From positions 1 to 13,438 of the forward strand of contig CBDCVK010000007.1 in NCBI GenBank assembly GCA_965223005.1: a DNA stretch of 13,438 nucleotides, given 5' to 3'. Below, one piece after another: positions 1-6,719 of the stretch. Numbering within the stretch: the first letter of the stretch is position 1; every line of letters begins with the position of its first letter. The position numbers and the translations under genes are program-made. This DNA comes from Terriglobia bacterium. Lineage in GTDB: Bacteria > Acidobacteriota > Terriglobia > JAJPHL01 > JAPKYU01. Under the pieces are notes generated by a model that saw only the letters and a program-made list of their open reading frames with translations, was not told the origin of the DNA and searched no databases.

Positions 1-1
1 G

Positions 2-1204
2 GACATCCGCGACAAGGCCGAGGCCATGCGCGTGTACGCCCGCCAAGCCAAGGACCGCCAGCTTGAGGTTGACGCTGCCGAAATCCGTATCCGGGCCGAG
101 CGGCGGCTGGGCGAGCTGATCAAGGCACAGAAAGAAACTGTCGGTTTGGCAACGGGAGCGCGCGGCATCGGGCCTATTGCGGTCCTCGAAGAGCACCGCA
201 ATCAACATCAAGGACTTCCTACCGGTCCTCGAACAGTACCGGTAGAAAAAGTACAGCAATATCAAGGACTTCCTACCGGTCCTCAAACAGTACCGGTAGA
301 AAATGAGCCTATTGCGGTCCTCGAACAGTACCGCAATCAACCCACCCTATCGGAAGCGGGTATCAGCAAGAATCTGTCGAGCCGCGCTCAGAAGCTCGCC
401 GCCGTGCCGGAAGACAAGTTCGAGGAGCTGGTCGGCGAATGGCGCGGGAAGGCGTCAGCCAGCGACGGCCGCATCGCTGTAAACCTGACGCCGCAAAAGT
501 CCGTCAAGATGTCAGCCAAAGCCGCGGCGCGACAGGCGATGGGTGAGGCGTCACCCCCTAACTCCAACAAAACAAAGTCGCGCAACCCCGAAGAGTTTGC
601 TCTTTCTACTGACGGCCAAGGGCAATTGCGCAAACTAGCCGAATTTTGCAGTCGTGTTGATGCAGGTGTTGTGGCTCGGGGCGCGATGCCGGACGAGCGA
701 CAGACCATACGGCGGGACATTGAAATCATTGATGGCTGGCTTCGCCGGCTCATCGTTCAACTGGAAGGGACCCGAGACCCTTGCCGCACCGTCAGCACGA
801 CGGTTGCAATGGCAGTCGCCCACGAGGCGATTGAGTACGCTTTTCGGGACTTTCACCGCAGGACAGGGCAGAAGCCGACATGGGCCAAGAAGCACTACGT
901 CCAGGCCCGAGAGCTATTCCGGCGATGGCCGGAGCTGGAAGTGGCGGAGTTTCAGCGGCGCTGGGATGCGTATGCCGCAAGCACCGAGCCGTTCATCGTG
1001 CGGCAGGGAATGAGCCTGGCGTACTTCTCTGCGAACTTTGACGTTTTCCTGAAGGGGCCGATCCATGCTCCGGGCAGAGGAAACCAACAGAGGCTAAGCC
1101 ATGCAGGAGAAAGAACGAGACGCAACTTCGAAGTCGTCCGGCATGCAGCCGCTCGAAGAGTGGCTGATGGTTCTGAGCGAAAACTGCTCCAAGGAACTGA
1201 CTGA
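2..1204 (+). CDS. Phage protein, 5'-partial; composite of a phage helical N-terminal domain and a replication-initiator-like C-terminal region
   Basis: The frame is open from position 2 (DIRDKAEAMRVYARQAKDRQLEVDAAEIRIRAERRLGELI...PTLSEAGISKNLSSRAQKLA), a pattern I recall from phage proteins including N-termini of MT-A70-type proteins. No methyltransferase motif is present. The C-terminus (FHRRTGQKPTW...FIVRQGMSLAYFSANFD) resembles ends of phage replication proteins, and it overlaps a loader-like gene. Confidence 0.6.
   Translation, partial: DIRDKAEAMRVYARQAKDRQLEVDAAEIRIRAERRLGELIKAQKETVGLATGARGIGPIAVLEEHRNQHQGLPTGPRTVPVEKVQQYQGLPTGPQTVPVENEPIAVLEQYRNQPTLSEAGISKNLSSRAQKLAAVPEDKFEELVGEWRGKASASDGRIAVNLTPQKSVKMSAKAAARQAMGEASPPNSNKTKSRNPEEFALSTDGQGQLRKLAEFCSRVDAGVVARGAMPDERQTIRRDIEIIDGWLRRLIVQLEGTRDPCRTVSTTVAMAVAHEAIEYAFRDFHRRTGQKPTWAKKHYVQARELFRRWPELEVAEFQRRWDAYAASTEPFIVRQGMSLAYFSANFDVFLKGPIHAPGRGNQQRLSHAGERTRRNFEVVRHAAARRVADGSERKLLQGTD
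172..341. repeat. A-B-B-A array of four dyad repeats sharing a 19-bp core CGGTCCTCGAACAGTACCG
   Basis: A units at 172-206 and 307-341 (35 bp, 2 mismatches, arms ATTGCGGT/ACCGCAAT). B units at 207-249 and 261-303 (43 bp, 1 mismatch, arms CTACCGGT/ACCGGTAG). All four have an 11-nt spacer. Cores at 180-198, 223-241, 277-295 and 315-333. Confidence 0.95.
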
Positions 1205-1682
1205 CTTCCAGGTTGAGAACTACCGACGAGGGTTGCAAGACTTGACGGTGGAGGAAGTCCACTACGCCTGCCGTCGTGCTTGGCTGGAATGGAAATTCCT
1301 AACTCTGCCGCCGGTCGCCGTGCTGCGAGAGTTCGCTGGCCGTCACGCCCAGCAAGAACCAAAGAACGCCGACCGCATCACCTTGGCCGCCGAGACAGAG
1401 TGGGAAGCGATCATCACCCACGTCCGAGAGCATGGAGCCACGGTGTACCCGAGCGACCCGCCGCTGGCGCTCACCGCAGCCGGGGAGTACGCTTTCCGCA
1501 GGATTGGTTGGCGGCAGGCGATCAGCGAGGCCGCCACTTCGGACCTTCACTGGCTCCACAAGAATTTCATTGAGGCGTTCAAGCTGCATGCAGAAACGGG
1601 CGGGCTGAGGCAACTCCCGCAAACGGAGGCGACTCGACTGTTGAGCAAGACGCGGAACCTTCTCGGGTGCGGTGGCGGATGA
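1101..1682 (+). CDS. Phage replication accessory protein (helicase loader-like / DUF6475-like)
   Basis: 193-aa ORF with ELTDFQVENYRRGLQDL...ACRRAWLEWKF..PPVAVLRE and AETEWEAI...RRIGW...LHWLHKNFIEAF patterns typical of the gene after phage initiators. AGAGG lies upstream of ATG 1101 (alternative start 1143). Its stop overlaps the next start (ATGA). Confidence 0.6.
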   Translation: MQEKERDATSKSSGMQPLEEWLMVLSENCSKELTDFQVENYRRGLQDLTVEEVHYACRRAWLEWKFLTLPPVAVLREFAGRHAQQEPKNADRITLAAETEWEAIITHVREHGATVYPSDPPLALTAAGEYAFRRIGWRQAISEAATSDLHWLHKNFIEAFKLHAETGGLRQLPQTEATRLLSKTRNLLGCGGG

Positions 1683-2065
1683 GCTACCCATTTCGCAGAA
1701 CCGGTCGTGGCGTTCGCCGAGCTCCAGGTGACATGAACAAGCTGGAGACTCTCTATGCGCAACACCTAGAGCTGCGGAAACGTGCGGGCGAGATTGAGTG
1801 GTACGCCTTTGATGTTCTCAACCTGCGCCTGGCCCCCAAATGCTTTTACCGGCCCGACTTCATGGTGATGCGCCGTGACGCTGAGATTGAGCTGCACGAG
1901 GTTAAAGGGCATTGGGAAGACGATGCCAGGGTGAAGGTGAAGATAGCTGCGGACAAGTTTCCTTTCAGGTTTCTCGCCGTCACACAGTGCCCAAAGAAGC
2001 ACGGAGGCGGCTGGCTGTACGAAGTGATTTCCAAGGCGGACGGCGCGAGCCGTGCCAGAGCCTGA
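1679..2065 (+). CDS. Phage PD-(D/E)xK nuclease (DUF1064-like)
   Basis: YRPDFMV...HEVKG motif and MNKLE..YA.HL N-terminal pattern. ATG 1679 overlaps the upstream TGA (1680-1682). Confidence 0.8.
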   Translation: MSYPFRRTGRGVRRAPGDMNKLETLYAQHLELRKRAGEIEWYAFDVLNLRLAPKCFYRPDFMVMRRDAEIELHEVKGHWEDDARVKVKIAADKFPFRFLAVTQCPKKHGGGWLYEVISKADGASRARA

Positions 2066-2069
2066 CACG

Positions 2070-2204
2070 ATGACTTCCGCCCCAATCCTCCTCACGGAAG
2101 TCCAGCTAGCCGACCGCTGGCAGATGTCTAGGTCCCGGCTGGAGGCCTGGCGCTTGCAAGGTGAGGGGCCGCGTCAGGATCGGCAGCCGGTGGCCCGCGC
2201 ATGA
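2070..2204 (+). pseudogene. Short, apparently frameshifted excisionase/AlpA-like HTH (44 aa; absent from the ORF track)
   Basis: Manual translation: MTSAPILLTEVQLADRWQMSRSRLEAWRLQGEGPRQDRQPVARA*. It has the LT..QLA.RW.MS...L..WR..G.GP signature, and the expected wing VRIGSR follows in the +1 frame. Its stop overlaps the next ATG. Confidence 0.7.
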
Positions 2205-2452
2205 GAGTTGTGACGGCAGCACCGGAACCGGTGATGGCCCACAGTGCCGCGCCTGCTCTCGAGCCCCATTACTCGCCGAAAGAAGTAGCCGAAGCGTGGG
2301 GCCTCAATGAGCGGACCATCCGCGACTTGTTTAGAGACGAACCCGGGGTACTGAAGATCGGACAGACGGGCCGGCGTGGACGGCGCGACTACACAACCCT
2401 GCGGATACCGGAGTCTGTCTTGAACCGGATGTACCATCGGAGGTGCCGGTAG
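2201..2452 (+). CDS. Excisionase-like HTH DNA-binding protein
   Basis: HYSPKEVAEAWGLNERTIRDLFRDEPGVLKIG...YTTLRIPESV winged-HTH pattern, 83 aa, directly upstream of the integrase. Confidence 0.8.
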   Translation: MRVVTAAPEPVMAHSAAPALEPHYSPKEVAEAWGLNERTIRDLFRDEPGVLKIGQTGRRGRRDYTTLRIPESVLNRMYHRRCR

Positions 2453-2477
2453 TAGAATGCGCCAACCAGGAGGGAGC

Positions 2478-3608
2478 ATGAATCTCTACCGGCGCCACAG
2501 GAAGAATTGTCCGCACCGAAAGAAGGGCCGCAACTACACCGGCTGCTCATGTCCGATCTGGGCAGACGGGGATCGCAATGGACGCCAGTTTCGCGTTTCG
2601 CTGAAGCTGAGAGATTGGCAACGAGCTATTCGAAAGCTGGCCACCCTGGAGGACCCGGATGCGCCTCCCAGCAAGCAGATCACAGACGCAATCGCTGCAT
2701 GGGAAGCAGAACTTGATGTAAAACAGACAAGCCGCAAGAAGTACATGCGCCTAATTGGCTATCTCCGTGCTTTCTGCTGGCGCCACGGTATTGAAACAGT
2801 CGACGAATTGGATATGGAGAACCTTGGTAAGTTTCGCGCTTCCAGAAAGATTGCGCACAACACCCGAATCAAGGAACTCTCTACCCTGCGGCAGTTCTTT
2901 CGGTTCTGCCATGAGCGGGGATGGGTTAAGAAGAACTATGCCGCCTTGCTTCCGATGGGCAGAGAGTGGGGCAACGAAGTAGAACCCTACACGCCGCAGC
3001 AAGTGGCGGCGATGCTCGCCGCCAGCGAGACAATCGGCCAGAGCGATTATGAGCGCCGGCGGGCGCTTGCATTAGTGCTCCTGTTGCGCTACAGCGGTCT
3101 GCGGGTCACGGACGCCTACACTTTGGCTAGCGACCGCATCCGGCCAGATGGACGGGGCGGCTGGCAACTCCGTCTTTACACGCAAAAGACCGGCGGCCAC
3201 GTCATGCTTCCCATCCCGCGCGAACTCAAGATGGCGCTGGACGTGCTGCCCCTACCGATGCGAGAGGACGGCTCTCAGGTGGACGCAGGTTATTTTTTCT
3301 GGAGCGGCGTTGGCAGCAAGGAAGGCTGCCGGCAGCGCGCATGGGAATTGCTGTCTGCAGTCTTCCGCAAGGCTGGTATTCGCGACGCAAAACCACACCA
3401 GTTCCGCCACACCCTAGCCACCGATATCTTGGCTCGTGGAGGCACGATGGCTGATGTCGCGGACATTTTGAGCATCAGCGAGGCCATCGCCCGGAAGCAC
3501 TACGCCAAATGGAGTCCCGCCAGGCAGGAGCGCATTTCAGTTCTAATGCGCGGCATCTACGCGGGTACATCTGGGGTACACGAGGGAAAAGGGGCGGTAA
3601 TCCATTGA
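2478..3608 (+). CDS. int: Tyrosine recombinase / phage integrase
   Basis: YSGLR (R), YTQKT (K), HQFRHT (HxxR) and RKHY (Y). The strong RBS AGGAGG before ATG 2478 favours this start over 2457. Confidence 0.95.
   Translation: MNLYRRHRKNCPHRKKGRNYTGCSCPIWADGDRNGRQFRVSLKLRDWQRAIRKLATLEDPDAPPSKQITDAIAAWEAELDVKQTSRKKYMRLIGYLRAFCWRHGIETVDELDMENLGKFRASRKIAHNTRIKELSTLRQFFRFCHERGWVKKNYAALLPMGREWGNEVEPYTPQQVAAMLAASETIGQSDYERRRALALVLLLRYSGLRVTDAYTLASDRIRPDGRGGWQLRLYTQKTGGHVMLPIPRELKMALDVLPLPMREDGSQVDAGYFFWSGVGSKEGCRQRAWELLSAVFRKAGIRDAKPHQFRHTLATDILARGGTMADVADILSISEAIARKHYAKWSPARQERISVLMRGIYAGTSGVHEGKGAVIH
3563..3580 (+). repeat. GGGTACA direct repeat, candidate integrase arm-type sites
   Basis: GGGTACA at 3563-3569 and 3574-3580 (11-bp period), about 45 bp from the tRNA end. 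Confidence 0.5.
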
Positions 3609-3625
3609 AGTCAAAGGCTGAAAGC

Positions 3626-3712
3626 TGGTGCGAACGGAGGGAGTTGAACCCTCACCCCGTTTCCAGGACCAGATCCTAAGTCTGGCGCGTCTGCCAATTC
3701 CGCCACGTTCGC
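3626..3712 (-). tRNA. tRNA-Leu (anticodon TAG)
   Basis: Reverse complement GCGAACGTGGCGGAATTGGCAGACGCGCCAGACTTAGGATCTGGTCCTGGAAACGGGGTGAGGGTTCAACTCCCTCCGTTCGCACCA. Acceptor stem GCGAACG/CGTTCGC, anticodon stem CCAGA/TCTGG, long variable arm, GTTCAA T-loop and encoded CCA. Confidence 0.98.
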
Positions 3713-3758
3713 CCGGAAAAGCCACTTTGGGGCTCAGTTCCTAAGGCCTCCGTGCGGA

Positions 3759-3767
3759 ATTGTATCA
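3759..3767 (-). promoter_or_regulatory. Candidate extended -10 promoter for tRNA-Leu
   Basis: TGaTACAAT on the - strand about 46 nt upstream of the tRNA. No good -35. Confidence 0.5.
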
Positions 3768-4143
3768 CGCCCGACAGGCCGAAGCCGGGAGCTGAATTGC
3801 CCGCTCTGGCGAACACGCATTGGTCGCCGGCCGCGCGTCTCGCCAGGAATGCGCCTTCCCTTTCCGAGCTACATCTCATATGATGAGGGCTTTGAAACAG
3901 GCTGGGGCTGGAGTGCTTTTGGATCGAGCCAACCCCAGCGTTGAGTTGATTTCAGGGATCTGCAGACGACTATAGAATTTCCGCTTCTCTCCCGGCAGTC
4001 GGGAGGCAGAAATCTCCGATCAGCGCGTCCAACCCACAATTGGCGTCAAAGATTCGTGATTCGATCGTTGGACCGCCAAGCAATTGGTCTGAAAGAGTTG
4101 GACTTCCTACCGTGCCACGCCGCGTCTTTGAAAATGAGGAGTT

Positions 4144-5406
4144 ATGACCATCGCTGAACTAAAGGAAAAAAGCATTGCCGAATTGACCCGGATTGCCCGG
4201 GGCTTGGATTTGCCGGGCGCATCCGGCATGCGCAAGCAGGACCTGATCTTCCGCCTCCTGCAGGCCCAGGCGGAAAAGGAAGGCCTGATCTTTGCCGAGG
4301 GCGTGTTGGAGATTTTGTCCGAAGGGTTCGGCTTTCTCCGCAGCCCCGACTACAACTACTTGCCCGGCCCGGACGATATCTACGTTTCGCCCTCGCAGAT
4401 TCGCCGCTTTGACCTGCACACCGGCGACACCGTCAGCGGCCAGGTCCGCCCCCCGAAGGAGGCGGAAAAGTACTTTGCCTTGGTGAAGATCGAGGCGGTC
4501 AACTTCGAGTCGCCCGAAGAGGCCCGCAACAAGATCTTCTTCGACAACCTGACCCCGCTGTATCCCAACGAGCAGGTCAAGCTGGAAACCACGCGGGAGA
4601 ACCTCTCCTCGCGGGTGATGGACTTGCTGACCCCGCTGGGCAAGGGCCAGCGCGGGTTGATCGTCTCGCCGCCCCGCACCGGCAAGACCATGCTGCTGCA
4701 GTCGATCGCCAACTCCATCACCACCAACCATCCCGAGATCACCCTGATCGTGCTGTTGATTGACGAGCGGCCTGAGGAGGTCACCGACATGCAGCGCTCG
4801 GTCAAGGGCGAGGTCATCAGCTCGACCTTTGATGAGCCCGCCACTCGCCACGTGCAGGTGACCGAGATGGTGATGGAGAAGGCCAAGCGGCTGGTGGAGC
4901 ACAAGCGCGACGTGGTGATCCTGCTGGACTCCATCACCCGGCTGGCCCGCGCCTACAACACCATCGTGCCCCCCTCGGGCAAGGTGCTGTCGGGCGGCGT
5001 GGATTCCAACGCTCTACAGCGCCCCAAGCGCTTCTTCGGCGCGGCCCGCAACATCGAGGAGGGTGGCTCGCTGACTATCATCGCCACCTCCCTGATTGAC
5101 ACCGGCAGCCGCATGGACGACGTCATCTTTGAGGAGTTCAAGGGGACCGGCAACATGGAAGTGAACCTGGAGCGCAAGCTGGTGGACAAGCGCGTCTTCC
5201 CGGCCATCGACATCAACAAGAGCGGCACCCGCAAGGAGGAGCTGCTGCTTTCTAAGGACGATCTGAACCGGGTCTGGGTGCTGCGCAAGGTGCTCAACCC
5301 CTTGTCGCCGGTCGAGGCCATGGAACTGCTGCTGGACAAAATGGCCCGCACCAAATCCAACGCCGAGTTCCTGGGCTCCATGTCCAACGGCTCACGAGGG
5401 CAGTAG
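4144..5406 (+). CDS. rho: Transcription termination factor Rho
   Basis: EGFGFLR and [15 protein letters not shown]-binding motifs, PPRTGKT P-loop, [24 protein letters not shown] and [19 protein letters not shown] at 4136-4141. Confidence 0.99.
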   Translation: MTIAELKEKSIAELTRIARGLDLPGASGMRKQDLIFRLLQAQAEKEGLIFAEGVLEILSEGFGFLRSPDYNYLPGPDDIYVSPSQIRRFDLHTGDTVSGQVRPPKEAEKYFALVKIEAVNFESPEEARNKIFFDNLTPLYPNEQVKLETTRENLSSRVMDLLTPLGKGQRGLIVSPPRTGKTMLLQSIANSITTNHPEITLIVLLIDERPEEVTDMQRSVKGEVISSTFDEPATRHVQVTEMVMEKAKRLVEHKRDVVILLDSITRLARAYNTIVPPSGKVLSGGVDSNALQRPKRFFGAARNIEEGGSLTIIATSLIDTGSRMDDVIFEEFKGTGNMEVNLERKLVDKRVFPAIDINKSGTRKEELLLSKDDLNRVWVLRKVLNPLSPVEAMELLLDKMARTKSNAEFLGSMSNGSRGQ

Positions 5407-5442
5407 GCGGTAGGCAGCCGGCAGTCAGAACAGTCCCTCTAA

Positions 5443-6489
5443 CTACTGCAAGCTGGACCGTCGGCCCAGCTTGCGCATGGAGGGGCTCGCTGCTTCCAGC
5501 AACGCCATACGGACTTCTTCCGCCGTGGGTGCTGCGGTTCCGACATGAGCCACGGCCCGGCTGGCAGCGCAGTTGGCGATGCGGGCCGCGTCCGCCATAC
5601 TGGCTCCAGCAGCATAGGCCAGCGCCAGTGCAGCGATTACTGTGTCCCCTGCCCCGGTTACGTCATAGACCTCCCGGGCCTGGGCGGTGATGACGTGCGC
5701 ACCCCCGCCCCGTTCGAACAGGGTCATGCCGCGCTCTCCCTGAGTGATCAATACGTAAGGGCAGCCCAACGTTTCCAGCAACCGTTCCCCAGCCCTCCTC
5801 AATAAGCCTTCCGTGCTGATCTGCACGCCCGCCATCTGCTCCGCTTCACTTTCGTTGGGGGTAATGACGGTCAGGGGCCGGTAGCTGAGCGGATGGCGAG
5901 GGCGGGGGTCCAGAAACACCGGCACCCCGTCTGATTCCAGGGCCGGCAGCACCTCCCCCAGCAGTTCCGGCGTGAGGGTGCCCTTGTCGTAGTCAGACAC
6001 GATAATGGCATGGAAGCTGGCAGCCTCGCGCAGCAAGCGCCGACCCAGGCGTCGCAACAGTGCAGGAGAGGCCGGGCTGCGGGTTTCGCGGTCGGAGCGC
6101 ACCAACTGGTGCTTGCGGGCCACTTCAATGAGGCGCGTCTTGACCGTCGTGTGGCGGCTGGCATCGGCCAGCAGACCTGTGGTGGGCACGCCCATTTTCC
6201 GCAGCAACGCGCGCAGCCGCGTGCCTGCTTCGTCCCTCCCCAGAATGCCGAAGGGGACCGCACGGCCGCCCAGCGCCACGATGTTGGCCGCCACGTTGCC
6301 CGCCCCACCCGGCGAGGCGGTCTGCTCGCTCATCTCCAGCACCGGGACGGGCGCCTCCGGGGAAACACGCGATACCCGCCCCCAGATAAACTCATCCAGC
6401 ATGTAATCGCCCAGCACGCCGATTCGCCGTCCAGAAAACTGGGACAGGAATCGCGCCAAGCGTCTGGCATCGCTGATGGCGCGCTTCAT
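5443..6489 (-). CDS. rfaE1: D-glycero-beta-D-manno-heptose-7-phosphate kinase (RfaE/HldE domain I, stand-alone; PfkB family)
   Basis: GDYMLDEFIWGRVSRVSPEAPVPV, GGAGNVAAN, VSDYDKG, TPNESE and VYDVTGAGDTV motifs. No fused adenylyltransferase domain. Confidence 0.93.
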   Translation of the reverse strand: MKRAISDARRLARFLSQFSGRRIGVLGDYMLDEFIWGRVSRVSPEAPVPVLEMSEQTASPGGAGNVAANIVALGGRAVPFGILGRDEAGTRLRALLRKMGVPTTGLLADASRHTTVKTRLIEVARKHQLVRSDRETRSPASPALLRRLGRRLLREAASFHAIIVSDYDKGTLTPELLGEVLPALESDGVPVFLDPRPRHPLSYRPLTVITPNESEAEQMAGVQISTEGLLRRAGERLLETLGCPYVLITQGERGMTLFERGGGAHVITAQAREVYDVTGAGDTVIAALALAYAAGASMADAARIANCAASRAVAHVGTAAPTAEEVRMALLEAASPSMRKLGRRSSLQ

Positions 6490-6498
6490 CAGGATGGC

Positions 6499-6507
6499 AT
6501 TCTAGCA
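6499..6507 (-). promoter_or_regulatory. Candidate extended -10 promoter for the heptose kinase gene
   Basis: TGcTAGAAT on the - strand, 9 nt upstream of the ATG at 6489. Confidence 0.5.
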
Positions 6508-6719
6508 GGCACTCGAACACTCGGACACTACGCATTCGGCCACCGCGATTCCGGGGAGGCGAGACTGAGCACAGCAGAGGGGAAACCCAGATGGGAGGTC
6601 CAATCCGTCAATAGCCGCCCACAGGAGTACAAGGGGTTTCCAACCGGCGCTTCTCGGGTCTAATATATGCGGGGCAGACAGATTGGCAGGGAACGTCGTC
6701 GCGCCCCTCTGGAGGATCT

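Larger units (their letters stand above)
1..3625 (+). mobile_element. Right end of a tRNA-Leu-integrated prophage or phage-satellite-like element (continues left of the window)
   Basis: A tyrosine integrase stops 17 bp from the tRNA CCA end. It is preceded by an excisionase-like HTH and tightly overlapping phage-type replication and nuclease ORFs. Housekeeping genes begin on the other side of the tRNA. The second att copy is not in the window. Confidence 0.88.

Noticed and set aside
172-341. CRISPR array or integron attC array
   Set aside because: The sequences between cores are themselves repeated and of irregular length, the array lies in an open frame, and there are no cas genes or RYYYAAC/GTTRRRY ends.
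26-480. MT-A70 DNA methyltransferase call for ORF1
   Set aside because: Only the accessory N-terminal pattern is present; there is no DPPW or other methyltransferase motif.
2457-2477. Integrase start at 2457
   Set aside because: The AGGAGG RBS lies inside this stretch and points to ATG 2478.
3901-3939. GCTGGGGCTGG/CCAACCCCAGC stem as terminator or ncRNA
   Set aside because: 17-nt loop, no U-tract, located between divergent genes, and no recognisable family.
4159-5387. Long - strand ORFs opposite rho
   Set aside because: Antisense shadows of a high-GC3 conserved gene, with no recognisable motifs.
5407-5442. Intrinsic terminator between rho and the heptose kinase gene
   Set aside because: No stable stem with a U-tract on either strand.
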